From NCBI GenBank assembly GCA_903862655.1, contig CAIOZA010000072.1, positions 3,926-67,925 of the forward strand: DNA of 64,000 bases, read 5' to 3'. Origin of the DNA: an uncultured Ignavibacteria bacterium (GTDB lineage: Bacteria; Bacteroidota; Ignavibacteria; Kapaibacteriales; UBA2268). The translations under genes were made by a program, and so were the position numbers. Below, in pieces: positions 37,277-47,682 of this stretch. Position 1 is the stretch's first letter, and every line of letters starts with the position of its first letter. The notes below the pieces were generated by a model. The model worked only from the letters and a program-made list of their open reading frames with translations. It searched no databases and was not told the DNA's origin.

Positions 37277-39298
37277 GTGTCGTTAATGAAATTGCTTTTT
37301 ACTATTTATTTTCTCGTATTTATTCTTGGTTTTTTCAATGTTTCGTTTGCCGAAAAAGTTAGAAATCCTGTGCCTCTTCAGTCAGTTGAGATCTCTTCGC
37401 CTACTAACTATCTGGAACAGGCATTTGATGTAATAAATTATTCGGCAGTTATTGATTTAAGAAAAGCTCCATCAACTGAAATGATTGGTATTTCAAAAAT
37501 TAAAATTTTATGGAAGTATAATCCCGATGAAAATTTGTTCTACTTTCATCTAAGAAGTTTAATTGTTGACTCTGTATTCTATAATGACTCTAAGGTTTCT
37601 GCAACAGCCGTTGACATTCCGGAATCACCTGTTTATCATTACAATGTCGAGCCGCCAGCAGGTTCACCTCAGGATACTGCAGTAATCAGTGTCTTTTATC
37701 ATGGAAATATGACAACCGCTATCGATGATAGTTTCGGAGGTGTCTTCTCGCAGGATAGTATTCTTTATGCTATTGGTGTCGGTATTCATAATAACTATGT
37801 TTCAACGACACAGCATTGGCTAGCCTGCTTCGATCATCCGTCGGACAAAGCTACTCTTGATTTTCGATTTATCACTGATAATGGATTTGTTGTTGCATCC
37901 AACGGATTAGTTAAACTAGAGAAAACAACTATAGATGGTAAAGAATATGAAGTCTATCATTGGAAATCTGACATTCAGACAGCGACATACTTAATGACAT
38001 TTGCCTGCGGAAAATTCAAAACTGTTAACTTAGGTAGTTCCCCTAATCCAATGGTTGTTTATTGTAGACCTGCAGATACTAATTCAGTCAAATATACATT
38101 TCAAAAATTGCCAGAGATGCTTACTTCATTCCAGAAGAGATTTGGAAAGTTCTTATTCGAAAAAGCAGGATATGTTCTTACTCCGATGACCGGAGGTGCG
38201 ATGGAGCATCAAACAATGATCAGCATGCCTGAGGTAGAAATTAGGAAACTTTACCAGTCAAAAGATATGATTAACAAAACTGCAGCTCATGAGTTATCTC
38301 ATAGTTGGTTTGGCAATTCAGTTTCTCCTTTCGATTTCCGGGATGCCTGGCTAAACGAAGGCTTTGCAAAATTTGCCGAAACTACCTGGCTTGAAGACAA
38401 TTATGGTTATGATAGCTATCTTACCGGTATTGGGAATGCTGTTAATAATTATTTAGTTACCGATTTGTACTATGAAGGTGCTTTTCCATTATATGATTTT
38501 CCACACAATAGTCCATCCTCAAACTATCCATATACTATTTACGATAAAGGTTGTGTAGTAACCGCCATGCTTAGGTATTATCTGGGTGATGATAAGTTCT
38601 ATTCTGCTATGTTGAGTTACCTCGATCATTATGCACTAAGCAATAGCACAACTCTTACTCTTGAAAAATATTTGAATGAGTTTACAGGGCATGACCTTGG
38701 ATGGTTCTTCAATCAGTGGATCTACAAAAAAGGGTTCCCGATAGTTGATATTAAAATTTCAAAGAGCAAAATACAAACAAATGGCCTTTTTAATGCTGAA
38801 GTAAACATTAGTCAGGTGCAACCTCTTGATTATGGAATATATACCAATCTCCCAGTGGAAATAACTTTCAGCCTGGCTAATGGTACAAATAAAAGTGTTC
38901 TATTCAACATGACAGGAAAGGATCAGATTTTTTATGCCGATTCACTCCCAGATTTTAAATTAACCACTGTCAACAAAGGCCCTACTGTCAGGGCTTTATT
39001 GAAGTTGAGGAATCTCACTACTTCTTTGGAGCAATCTGAGGATATGGTTGATGAAATTAATTTTTACCCAAATCCGGTAACAAATATAATAAATCTGGTT
39101 ATTAAGGGTATATCTCATAATCTGAATTATTCGATTGTAAATCTTGACGGTGCAGAATTGTCAAAAGGGACAATAGAAGCTGATGATAACGGAATTATCT
39201 ATAAAAAGTTTTTTGTCGAAGATTATTCTATCGGTAATTATTATCTAAGATTAGATGGTAAGAACTACTTTAGGATTTTAAATTTTATTAAGTTGTAA
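37277..39298 (+). CDS. M1-family zinc aminopeptidase (gluzincin) with T9SS C-terminal domain
   Basis: HELSHSWFGN (HExxH) + EGFAKFAE (third zinc ligand Glu). GAMEH exopeptidase-like motif (GGAMEHQT). C-terminal INFYPNPVTNIINLVIKG...YYLRLDGKNYFRILNFIKL. Confidence 0.85.
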   Translation: MSLMKLLFTIYFLVFILGFFNVSFAEKVRNPVPLQSVEISSPTNYLEQAFDVINYSAVIDLRKAPSTEMIGISKIKILWKYNPDENLFYFHLRSLIVDSVFYNDSKVSATAVDIPESPVYHYNVEPPAGSPQDTAVISVFYHGNMTTAIDDSFGGVFSQDSILYAIGVGIHNNYVSTTQHWLACFDHPSDKATLDFRFITDNGFVVASNGLVKLEKTTIDGKEYEVYHWKSDIQTATYLMTFACGKFKTVNLGSSPNPMVVYCRPADTNSVKYTFQKLPEMLTSFQKRFGKFLFEKAGYVLTPMTGGAMEHQTMISMPEVEIRKLYQSKDMINKTAAHELSHSWFGNSVSPFDFRDAWLNEGFAKFAETTWLEDNYGYDSYLTGIGNAVNNYLVTDLYYEGAFPLYDFPHNSPSSNYPYTIYDKGCVVTAMLRYYLGDDKFYSAMLSYLDHYALSNSTTLTLEKYLNEFTGHDLGWFFNQWIYKKGFPIVDIKISKSKIQTNGLFNAEVNISQVQPLDYGIYTNLPVEITFSLANGTNKSVLFNMTGKDQIFYADSLPDFKLTTVNKGPTVRALLKLRNLTTSLEQSEDMVDEINFYPNPVTNIINLVIKGISHNLNYSIVNLDGAELSKGTIEADDNGIIYKKFFVEDYSIGNYYLRLDGKNYFRILNFIKL

Positions 39299-39311
39299 CT
39301 TTGGAGTATTT

Positions 39312-40040
39312 ATGGAAAACAGGCTTTTAGAAGTCTATGACTTAGAGCAAAATTGGGATGCAATTCAGGATAGAATTGAGATAGCTGCAAAAAAAGCCGG
39401 TAGGAATATAGCAGATATTCAAGTAATCGCTGTAACAAAAACACTTCCTCCCGAACTTCTTGAAAAAGCATTGAAGGCAGGTATAAAGATATTTGGCGAA
39501 AACTATGCTCAGGAAATTAGAAATAAACATGAAGCTCTGTCCTTGTACCAAAACCAAATTATCTGGCATTTCATCGGTCATCTCCAATCTAACAAAATAA
39601 AGTACATTTGCCCTTTTGTAGATACTATTCATTCTGTTGATTCTATTGAGCTAGCTCAGGAGATATCAGGCTATGCAGAAAAACACGAAAGAAATATAAA
39701 TATTCTGCTTCAGGTTAACACTTCCGGAGAGCCTCAAAAATCAGGTTGTTCACCGGAAAATATCTATCAAATAGCAGAAAAAATTCATCTGTTACCTAAT
39801 TTAAAGGTAAATGGATTAATGACTATTGGCTCATTTTCAGAAAATGAGATTAAAGTTAGGTCGGAATTTGCTTTGCTAAGATCTACTTCTGAAAAATTAA
39901 ATGAGACATTCCCTAATCTGCAATTAAAGGAATTATCAATGGGAATGTCAGGAGATTATCATTGGGCGGTTCAGGATGGAGCTACAATGCTTAGGATTGG
40001 TACAGCCATATTCGGTCACAGATTTTATATAGAAGAATAA
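39312..40040 (+). CDS. yggS: YggS-family pyridoxal-phosphate homeostasis protein
   Basis: About 240 aa Ala-racemase-N fold. IAVTKT (PLP Lys). Typical YggS N-terminus RL..V..RI..AA...GR. Confidence 0.85.
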   Translation: MENRLLEVYDLEQNWDAIQDRIEIAAKKAGRNIADIQVIAVTKTLPPELLEKALKAGIKIFGENYAQEIRNKHEALSLYQNQIIWHFIGHLQSNKIKYICPFVDTIHSVDSIELAQEISGYAEKHERNINILLQVNTSGEPQKSGCSPENIYQIAEKIHLLPNLKVNGLMTIGSFSENEIKVRSEFALLRSTSEKLNETFPNLQLKELSMGMSGDYHWAVQDGATMLRIGTAIFGHRFYIEE

Positions 40041-40049
40041 GGTCAAATA

Positions 40050-40877
40050 ATGAATCAGGTAGATTTACAAAAAAGAGTCAAAGATGCTTTTGGTGCTATA
40101 TCCTCCAGAACAAATGAAAAGCCTGCAATTGGGATTATTCTGGGCACAGGTCTTGGTGATTTAGCTCATCATATCGAACCAATTGAAATTATTCCATACA
40201 GTGAAATCCCAAATTTCCCAATATCAACAGTCGAATTTCACTCCGGTCAATTTATTATCGGCAGACTGAGCGGAAAAATTGTTGTAGCCATGCAGGGCAG
40301 ATTCCATCACTATGAAGGATATTCTCTTCAGGAAGTGACGTTCCCGATTAGGGTGATGCATCAGATGGGAGTCGAAACTCTGATTATCTCTAATGCATGC
40401 GGATCTATGAATCCAGATATTCCTAAAAAGAGCATTATGCTTATTGAAGACCACATTAATCTGTTGGGAGCCAATCCTCTGACAGGCATTAATGATGATT
40501 CATTTGGTCCGCGTTTTGTGGATTTAAGCGAACCATATTCTCATAGATTGATAAGTTTAGTCGAAGAAATAGCAAAAACTAAAAATATTAATATTAACAA
40601 AGGCGTCTATTGTGCTATGACAGGGCCGAGCCTTGAAACAAGAGCTGAATACAGGATGATGAAAATTATCGGTGCTGACGTTGTTGGTATGAGTACTGTT
40701 CCTGAGTGTATTGTGGCCAGGCAGATGGGTATGGAAGTTCTCGGATTATCAATAATAACAGATGACTGTGATCCCGATAATTTGAAGGCTGTTAATATTG
40801 ATGAAATCATTGCCAATGCAGTTTGCGCTGAACCTGATTTAACAACAATAGTAAAATCTTTGGTAGAAAAACTTTGA
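40050..40877 (+). CDS. Purine nucleoside phosphorylase (PNP/MTAP family I, PunA-type)
   Basis: IGIILGTGLG, QGRFHHYEGY, MSTVPE motifs. Confidence 0.85.
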   Translation: MNQVDLQKRVKDAFGAISSRTNEKPAIGIILGTGLGDLAHHIEPIEIIPYSEIPNFPISTVEFHSGQFIIGRLSGKIVVAMQGRFHHYEGYSLQEVTFPIRVMHQMGVETLIISNACGSMNPDIPKKSIMLIEDHINLLGANPLTGINDDSFGPRFVDLSEPYSHRLISLVEEIAKTKNININKGVYCAMTGPSLETRAEYRMMKIIGADVVGMSTVPECIVARQMGMEVLGLSIITDDCDPDNLKAVNIDEIIANAVCAEPDLTTIVKSLVEKL

Positions 40878-41914
40878 AAAAATACTTTAAAATATTGCTA
40901 ATTATCTTACTTGGAATTTCGGCTCTGTCTTGCGGTAATGAAAAGATAGTAGAAAATACTCAAGATAGCTGGAAGTTACTGATTTCAATAAAAAATCCAA
41001 CACCTGCACTCGCTTTATATGAATATCCATCCGGAAAAATTCTTTCTCAGGATGTATATTCAGAAAACAATGGAACTTCTCTAACCTCAGCTCCAGAGAA
41101 AATGGCAGAATATGCAAATGCTATCTTTCTTATATGTACTGAAGCTAAAAAAATAATCTCTTTGAACTCAAAGTCATTCAAGAAGAATGGAGAGCTTGAT
41201 TTTACTGCTGCCAACAAATCTCCGCTCAGTATCTGCTTTGCTAACGCTACTACTGCTTATATTATCTATAAAAACGATTCAATTGTTGATGTTTTGGATT
41301 TAACTGTATTCCAAATAACGAGTTCTATCAATATAAGAAAGATCACTACTGCTATCGCTTGCTATGGCAATCGGATTGTTATTGCAAACGGTCCCAGTAA
41401 TACAGTTACTGTCATCGCAACCAATGATAATTCCGTCATAGGCACCATTAATGTTGAGCCTTATCCTTGTTTGGTTGATTTTACAGCCGATGGCGCTAAA
41501 GCCGTTGTAATTTCTGCAGGCTCCGGAAAATTTGATTCTACAGCCATAACCAATGCTGTGGCTCAAACAATTGATTATGCCCTCATGCAACCAATGGAAA
41601 AAGTTGATCTGGGTGTCGGCATTGTTAAACCAATAGAGCAGATCCCTCAGTCCTTGGCTCACAATTCCAAGGTTTATTGCTTCGTTGGAACTCATCAGTA
41701 TTTATTAAGATACATCACTCGCACCGGAACTCAGATTTCGAGAATTGATAATGGAAACTTTCTGTCTGTCATATATAATTTCAAAAGGGAAGAAATGATT
41801 TTTGTTAAACAGGCTGGTGATTTATTACAGCTGAAAACAGCCGATCAATTCACCTCAGAAATTAAAGCTACATATACTTTGCCGGCAGGATATATTGCTT
41901 TATTACCTTTATAA
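40874..41914 (+). CDS. Lipoprotein with YVTN-type beta-propeller repeats
   Basis: TTG start overlapping the PNP stop. LSCGNE lipobox. Repeats like NTVTVIATNDNSVIGTINV. Confidence 0.45.
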   Translation: MKKYFKILLIILLGISALSCGNEKIVENTQDSWKLLISIKNPTPALALYEYPSGKILSQDVYSENNGTSLTSAPEKMAEYANAIFLICTEAKKIISLNSKSFKKNGELDFTAANKSPLSICFANATTAYIIYKNDSIVDVLDLTVFQITSSINIRKITTAIACYGNRIVIANGPSNTVTVIATNDNSVIGTINVEPYPCLVDFTADGAKAVVISAGSGKFDSTAITNAVAQTIDYALMQPMEKVDLGVGIVKPIEQIPQSLAHNSKVYCFVGTHQYLLRYITRTGTQISRIDNGNFLSVIYNFKREEMIFVKQAGDLLQLKTADQFTSEIKATYTLPAGYIALLPL

Positions 41915-41920
41915 AAATAT

Positions 41921-43603
41921 ATGAGTAATAAATCAGTACTTCCGATTAATCTTGAATCCTTGATTGAGTTGAGTGCCAGACTTAACGAAACACATGATTT
42001 TGAGTTTATCCTTAATTCAGCTTTATTAAGTTTGATGGGTAAACTTAGGGTTTTTAGCGGCTGTGTTCTCATCCCTGACATGGAAAAAAAAAGATTCGAC
42101 ATTCTAATCTGCAAAGGAAAACACTCCTTTTATAAAGCTGAATTCAAAGAGATTTTAGAATTCCGCATTGTTGAAAATAACTCTGATGATAGCTTTTTTT
42201 ATGATAATGGTGTGCGGTATTTTAGTCCGATTGTCTTTCAGAATGAATTGATTGCATTGATCTGCTTAGGAAAGAGATTAGTCAGTCATGAACTTACTAA
42301 GACAGAACTTCAGTATGCCAACCTTGTCTCGTCGATAACTGCAAATGCCCTTCAGAATGCAAAGAACCATCTGACATTGCTGGATACCAAAAATAAAGTA
42401 GAACAACGCAATCTGATGCTATCTTCTCTATTCGAGATCAGCAGAGATTTCTCAATGCTTCTGTCCCGGAACCAGATTACAAAAATGCTCTCTTATAGAT
42501 TGATGGGTCAGCTCATGGTAAGTAAATTTGCCGTTTATCTCGACGATAAGGATTACGGCTATCAGCCCCTGCTTAATAGATTTGACAAAGATATTGGTTC
42601 TGAATTTTTTGATAGTATCGACATCGATTCAATTCGGTTTGTCAGGGATATGGAATTAACTGACACTTATGCAGAAATGATGGATGCAATGGGCATTGAG
42701 CTGATTTCTCCTATGATCAACCAGGGATTGATAAAAGGTTTTCTCTTGATCGGGCATAAAATGTCCGGAGAACTGGTAACCAATGAGAATCTCTCATTTG
42801 CCGAGGCATTGGGCAATACAGCTCTGTTTGCACTGGAGAATGAAAGACTTTTCCTCGAAGAATTGGAAAAGAAGCGCATGGAAAGTGAAATGAATCTTGC
42901 ACTCGATATCCAAAAGCGGCTTCTTCCTAAATCAGCTCCAATCATTGAAGGATATGATATCGCCGGAATGACTGTTCCTTCCAGGCATGTTGGCGGTGAT
43001 TATTATGATTATATTAAACTTCCCAGCGGCGAAACGTTGTTTGTAATAGCCGATGTTTCAGGCAAGGGAATGCCTGCATCGCTCATTATGGCTAATCTTC
43101 AGGCTGCACTTAAAGTACTTTGTCCATTAGGTCTTAGTTTGAACCAGCTGATAATTAATCTCAATAATTTAGTTTTTCAAAATACTTCAGCTGATAAGTT
43201 TGTTACTTTGTTCTGTGGTATTCTTAATCCGGAAGAGCATACATTCCATTATATTAATGCAGGCCACAACCCACCATTTTTGATCAATAAAGACGGAAAG
43301 TTTAATACCCTGTCCGAGGGTGGATTGATTCTTGGAATAGTTGATTATGAATATCCTTATGAGGATATGACAATTGTTCTCTCTGAGGGCGATTTAATCC
43401 TGATGTACACAGACGGAGTTACTGAAGCTAAATCTAAGGATGACGATGAGTACGGTGAAATAAGATTGGAAAATTTTGTTGTCAATAATCGCAACCTTAG
43501 AGCTAGCGAACTAACTGACGCTATTTACAATGACCTTCAGCATTTTTTCACCGGGGCAATTCAATCCGACGATATTACATTGACTGTACTAAAGAGGATG
43601 TAA
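41921..43603 (+). CDS. GAF-domain PP2C-type (SpoIIE/RsbU-like) serine phosphatase
   Basis: N-terminal GAF-like region. C-terminal PPM motifs HVGGDYYDY, IADVSGKGMPASL, YTDGVTEA, DDITLTVLK. Confidence 0.85.
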   Translation: MSNKSVLPINLESLIELSARLNETHDFEFILNSALLSLMGKLRVFSGCVLIPDMEKKRFDILICKGKHSFYKAEFKEILEFRIVENNSDDSFFYDNGVRYFSPIVFQNELIALICLGKRLVSHELTKTELQYANLVSSITANALQNAKNHLTLLDTKNKVEQRNLMLSSLFEISRDFSMLLSRNQITKMLSYRLMGQLMVSKFAVYLDDKDYGYQPLLNRFDKDIGSEFFDSIDIDSIRFVRDMELTDTYAEMMDAMGIELISPMINQGLIKGFLLIGHKMSGELVTNENLSFAEALGNTALFALENERLFLEELEKKRMESEMNLALDIQKRLLPKSAPIIEGYDIAGMTVPSRHVGGDYYDYIKLPSGETLFVIADVSGKGMPASLIMANLQAALKVLCPLGLSLNQLIINLNNLVFQNTSADKFVTLFCGILNPEEHTFHYINAGHNPPFLINKDGKFNTLSEGGLILGIVDYEYPYEDMTIVLSEGDLILMYTDGVTEAKSKDDDEYGEIRLENFVVNNRNLRASELTDAIYNDLQHFFTGAIQSDDITLTVLKRM

Positions 43604-43621
43604 GTTTCTTAAAGAATCAGA

Positions 43622-43655
43622 AAACAAAAAAAGCCGCAAAAGCGGCTTTTTTTGT
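43622..43655. terminator. Bidirectional rho-independent terminator
   Basis: aaaaaaagccgc-aaaa-gcggcttttttt between convergent genes. Confidence 0.7.
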
Positions 43656-43672
43656 TGAATTATATGATTGAC

Positions 43673-44020
43673 TTATTTCTTTACTGCGTTTGGTTGACTC
43701 TGAACGGGTGGAGGTGCTAAATTGGATGCGGGAAGCTTTGCGCCTTCAGTTACTGGCTTTACTACCTGTCCGGTTTGACTGCCTACACTTGAAACGAAGA
43801 ATCTGTTTACCAATAAAGCAAAAACAAAAATTATTCCTATAAGTACTTTCGTTGTCGATGATAGTATGTTTTTGGTTTTCTGCATACCAAACATTGTACC
43901 GAACTGACCGCTTAAACCGCCGAATGTAGCAGTTAAATCGCCTTTACCGGGCTGCAGTAGTACGGCTATTATAACAAACAACGAAGCCAGTATGATTAAA
44001 ATTCCTACTAATGAGAACAT
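43673..44020 (-). CDS. secG: Preprotein translocase subunit SecG
   Basis: MFSLVGILIILASLFVIIAVLLQPGKGD...FG (SecG signature), two TM helices. Confidence 0.8.
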   Translation of the reverse strand: MFSLVGILIILASLFVIIAVLLQPGKGDLTATFGGLSGQFGTMFGMQKTKNILSSTTKVLIGIIFVFALLVNRFFVSSVGSQTGQVVKPVTEGAKLPASNLAPPPVQSQPNAVKK

Positions 44021-44116
44021 TTCTAACTCTCCACACTTTAATTTTTAAGAACTACAAAAATAAGAATAAAATTCAATTTTAAAAAATCTATTTTGATTTT
44101 TCATATTTGATATGTT

Positions 44117-44980
44117 TTATCGCAACAAGTACACGATATAAAGATAGATAAATACTGCAGGTACAACGAACATAATGCTGTCAAATCTGTCTAAGGCTCC
44201 ACCATGTCCGGGTAGAAGTGCAGAACTATCCTTAACCTCAGCATCGCGTTTCAGCTTTGATTCTGCTAAATCTCCAATCTGTCCGATTGTGCCGATTATA
44301 GCCCCTATAATTGCAGCATTAATCAACGGGAAACCACCAAGCAGGAATGGGACATTAGCAAAACCGATCATTGCAAGCACACCACCGAAAAAGCCTCCTA
44401 TGGCACCTTCCCATGTCTTTTTGGGACTAACCGAGGGGAACAGCTTGTGTTTACCAATTGATTTCCCCACAAAGTAAGCAGCTGAATCACAAATCCATAT
44501 TGAAAAGATAATGCAGAGTAAAAGCATTGCAGAAAAATGATTCGACATTTTCGGATCGCTTATAGTGAAGAATTCCCGTATCAGAATTAAAAAGCTGAAT
44601 GAAAATGTAACATATAGTATCCCTGCAATCGTCACAGAAAAGTTAACAAGTGAATTTGGATTCTTTGACCAGAGTGTGATGCTCAGCGCAAGTATTGTTA
44701 TCACCGATAATGCCATCAGGACAAGAATAGCAGGATTTGAAAACAGCTGATTAACTGTCGAAAAATATACTGCAATAATTAAAATAACATTCACACTCAA
44801 TCCAAACTTGACGTGTGGTGTTATATTCCTCTTTTCAGTGAGTTTGTAGAATTCCCACAAAGTGATCGCAGATAATCCTGCAATTACTGATGCGAATAGC
44901 AATCCTCCGGCTATGATTAGGTAAATTGATATTGGAATACCAATCAGTGCAACTAGAAGTCTTTTGGATAAGTCGTTCAA
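44117..44980 (-). CDS. cdsA: Phosphatidate cytidylyltransferase (CDP-diglyceride synthase)
   Basis: Polytopic membrane protein. C-terminal signature SKLKRDAEVKDSSALLPGHGGALDRFDS. Confidence 0.85.
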   Translation of the reverse strand: MNDLSKRLLVALIGIPISIYLIIAGGLLFASVIAGLSAITLWEFYKLTEKRNITPHVKFGLSVNVILIIAVYFSTVNQLFSNPAILVLMALSVITILALSITLWSKNPNSLVNFSVTIAGILYVTFSFSFLILIREFFTISDPKMSNHFSAMLLLCIIFSIWICDSAAYFVGKSIGKHKLFPSVSPKKTWEGAIGGFFGGVLAMIGFANVPFLLGGFPLINAAIIGAIIGTIGQIGDLAESKLKRDAEVKDSSALLPGHGGALDRFDSIMFVVPAVFIYLYIVYLLR

Positions 44981-44992
44981 TATTAATCCGAT

Positions 44993-45418
44993 CTATTTGA
45001 TTTTAATCTCTAACTCTGCGAACACATCCGATGTTTCATGAAATCTGATCTTCAAAGTATCTATATTGGGATGATCCTGGAATCTAAACTTTAATGTATC
45101 GATAATACTGGCAGCGATATTCTCTGCTGTTGTTGTGAACGGTACAACCACATGTTTGAATTTATTTGCACTGAGGAAATTCAGCATCAGCTCGTCATTT
45201 TCATCCACTAAGAAAGCATGATCCATCTCGTGAATTACCGGAGCTACTATCTTGGATAGGTCATAATAATCTATCAAAATGCCGTTCGAGTCAGTTTCAC
45301 CTTCTATCTCAACTCTTACTTTATACGTGTGACCATGAATATTCTTGCAGTCTCCATTATGGAAAGGCAATCTGTGGCTCATTTCCCAGATAAATTCTTT
45401 AGCTATTCTAATCCGCAT
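44993..45418 (-). CDS. queD: 6-carboxy-5,6,7,8-tetrahydropterin synthase QueD
   Basis: EFIWEMSHRLPFHNGDCKNIHGHTYKV (CxxxHGH zinc motif). 141 aa. Confidence 0.9.
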   Translation of the reverse strand: MRIRIAKEFIWEMSHRLPFHNGDCKNIHGHTYKVRVEIEGETDSNGILIDYYDLSKIVAPVIHEMDHAFLVDENDELMLNFLSANKFKHVVVPFTTTAENIAASIIDTLKFRFQDHPNIDTLKIRFHETSDVFAELEIKIK

Positions 45419-45771
45419 TAATCTTCTTCCTCACATTTTATATACTTTGCATTGATTGTTGAATGCAGACCTCCACGTGGCGTCCAGTCTGATGTAACCT
45501 CCATTTCGAGCGGTTCACAGGCTTTTACCAAATCGTCGAGTATCAGATTTGTTACTGCCTCGTAGAAAATTCCTTTGCTTCTAAATTCAAAAAAGTAGTA
45601 TTTTAGTGATTTGAGTTCAACGCAGAGTTTATCAGGAATATATTTTATTGTAATCGTACCGAAGTCGGGCATTCCCGTTATTGGGCACACAGACGTAAAT
45701 TCGGGGTTTACGTGAGTAATTGTATATTTTCTTCCGTGATGCGGATTCTCAAAAGTTATTATCTCAGCCAT
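45418..45771 (-). CDS. queF: NADPH-dependent 7-cyano-7-deazaguanine reductase QueF (type I)
   Basis: EFTSVCPITGMPDFGTI (catalytic Cys + QueF motif). 117 aa. Confidence 0.9.
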   Translation of the reverse strand: MAEIITFENPHHGRKYTITHVNPEFTSVCPITGMPDFGTITIKYIPDKLCVELKSLKYYFFEFRSKGIFYEAVTNLILDDLVKACEPLEMEVTSDWTPRGGLHSTINAKYIKCEEED

Positions 45772-45795
45772 GTTTAAACTAATTTAGAAAAATTT

Positions 45796-46554
45796 ATGGA
45801 AAATGACCTCAACTACATCTATGGACGAAATGCTGTAGCAGAAGCAATTGTAAGTGGTAAAACGATTGAAAAAATATTTATTGCTTTTGGCGTTCAGGGC
45901 GACAATATCGGTAGAATTTTTAGCCTGGCTAAAAGAAATAAAATCGCTGTTACAACTATAGATAAGCGTAAGTTCACTCTGATGGAAGAAAAAATAAATA
46001 TTCCTTATTCCAAATCTCAGGGTATCATTGCCTTGTTGAGGCAGTTCGAGCTGCTAACAATCGATGATGTTATCGAAGAAAGCTATAAAAAGTCAAAAAT
46101 GCCGATAATAGTCATTCTTGATGAAATCGAGGATCCACAGAATCTGGGAGCTATTGCCAGATCTGCCGAGTGTTCCGGCTGCGGCGGAATGATACTGACA
46201 AATAAAAATTCTGCTCCGATCAGTCCTACTGCAGTTAAAGCTTCTGCAGGAGCTCTCGAGCTTATCCCAATAGCTAAGGTCGATAGTCTGGTGCAGGCAC
46301 TGGAAAAGCTGAAAGAAAATGGCTTCTGGATAGTAGGCACCGATGCTCAAGGCGATAGACTTTACTCCGATGAAATTTACGATTCTCCTATCGCTCTAGT
46401 TATCGGTAGCGAAGGCAGAGGTATGAGGCCTTCGACTATAAAGCATTGCGATCATCTGATAAATATCCCGATAGTAGGTCAGATTAGTTCTCTGAATGCC
46501 TCGGCATCGGCCGCCGTAGTGCTGTTTGAGATATTGAGGCAAAGAGCCAAATAA
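45796..46554 (+). CDS. rlmB: SpoU/TrmH-family RNA 2'-O-methyltransferase (RlmB-like)
   Basis: N-terminal L30e-like substrate-binding domain + SPOUT motifs (VILDEIEDPQNLGAIARSAE, LVIGSEGRGM, NIPIVGQISSLNASASAAVVL). Confidence 0.85.
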   Translation: MENDLNYIYGRNAVAEAIVSGKTIEKIFIAFGVQGDNIGRIFSLAKRNKIAVTTIDKRKFTLMEEKINIPYSKSQGIIALLRQFELLTIDDVIEESYKKSKMPIIVILDEIEDPQNLGAIARSAECSGCGGMILTNKNSAPISPTAVKASAGALELIPIAKVDSLVQALEKLKENGFWIVGTDAQGDRLYSDEIYDSPIALVIGSEGRGMRPSTIKHCDHLINIPIVGQISSLNASASAAVVLFEILRQRAK

Positions 46555-46562
46555 TTATATAA

Positions 46563-46602
46563 TAAGTATTTATTCCACAGCTCCTGCTTTGGAATAAATA
46601 CT
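46563..46602. repeat. Perfect 14-bp inverted repeat (hairpin) downstream of rlmB
   Basis: aagtatttattcca [12 nt] tggaataaatactt. No T-tract follows. Confidence 0.5.
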
Positions 46603-46892
46603 TAATCCTGTCAACCGAAGCTTCCATCATTCCAGTACTTTCGCTCATTCTGAATTCCAAATTTAAATAAAAAATATAAATCCAAATCCAAATTCAGGAT
46701 TATCCTTACCAATGTGCACTTCTTCCTCTCTTCGTATTATTTACAGCTAAGGTTGAGATTCATAAATTTACCTAAATGTCTAACAGAATTAATTTTTGTT
46801 ATTAGGCAATTCTTCATTTGAAATTCGGAATAATTTTTCTTAATTTAAGTCCGCCTCAAATTAATAAATCAAAAATTTCGTTTCTTTATATG

Positions 46893-47633
46893 AATTTTAC
46901 TGGAAAAACTGCAATCGTTACGGGTGGATGCCGTGGTATAGGCAATTCGATTCTGATTAAGCTGGCTGAATTGGGTGCCGATATCGGTTTTGTCGATATT
47001 GTTCCTGTGACCGATGCTCAGTTTACAATTGATCAGGTGACCTCACTTGGTAGAAAATGTGAATTTTTTAAAGCCGATATATCCGATTTTTTGCAAGCTG
47101 CCAGTGCTATTAAGTACTTTCACGAGTTGTTCGGTCATATTGATATTCTTGTCAATAACGCAGGTGTTAACAAGGATTCAGTTATCTGGAAGATGACAGA
47201 GGATCAGTGGGACACTGTGATTAATATCAACCTAAAGGGATATTTCAATTATATCCATGCTGTGATTCCTTACTTCAAAGCACAAAACAGCGGTAAGATT
47301 GTCAATATTAGCTCTATCAACGGGATGCGCGGCAAGTTTGGTCAGTCCAATTATTCAGCTGCTAAAGCCGGAATTATTGGACTGACTAAGTCTATTGCCA
47401 AGGAGATGGGACGCTATTCGGTAAATGTGAATGCTGTTGCACCCGGATTGATTGAAACTGAGATGACAAGAAATCTACCGGAGGATGCACTGAAAGCAGC
47501 TCTTCAGGAAATCACACTGAACAGATTCGGTAAACCCGAGGATGTAGCCAATGTTGTAGCATTTTTATGCAGTGATTACTCATCGCACATCACTGGCGAG
47601 GTTATTAAAGTCGATGGCGGTCAATATATTTAA
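46893..47633 (+). CDS. Short-chain dehydrogenase/reductase (FabG / acetoacetyl-CoA reductase-like 3-oxoacyl reductase)
   Basis: TGGCRGIG (Rossmann), NNAG, S-Y-x3-K catalytic tetrad (SSINGM...YSAAKAG), PGLIET. Start moved to the internal Met (MNFTGKTAIVTGG). Confidence 0.85.
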   Translation, partial: NFTGKTAIVTGGCRGIGNSILIKLAELGADIGFVDIVPVTDAQFTIDQVTSLGRKCEFFKADISDFLQAASAIKYFHELFGHIDILVNNAGVNKDSVIWKMTEDQWDTVININLKGYFNYIHAVIPYFKAQNSGKIVNISSINGMRGKFGQSNYSAAKAGIIGLTKSIAKEMGRYSVNVNAVAPGLIETEMTRNLPEDALKAALQEITLNRFGKPEDVANVVAFLCSDYSSHITGEVIKVDGGQYI

Positions 47634-47682
47634 TGTAAAAAAAAGTCAAAAAAGCATTTTAATTTTTTAAGAGTAAATTTAC

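Noticed and set aside
44175-44750. Plus-strand ORFs inside cdsA (44175..44477, 44565..44750)
   Set aside because: Antisense to a well-supported membrane enzyme gene. The Pro/Ala-rich translation is typical of reverse-frame artefacts.
45772-45795. preQ1 riboswitch upstream of queF/queD
   Set aside because: Only 24 nt separate queF from the divergent rlmB, too short for the aptamer.
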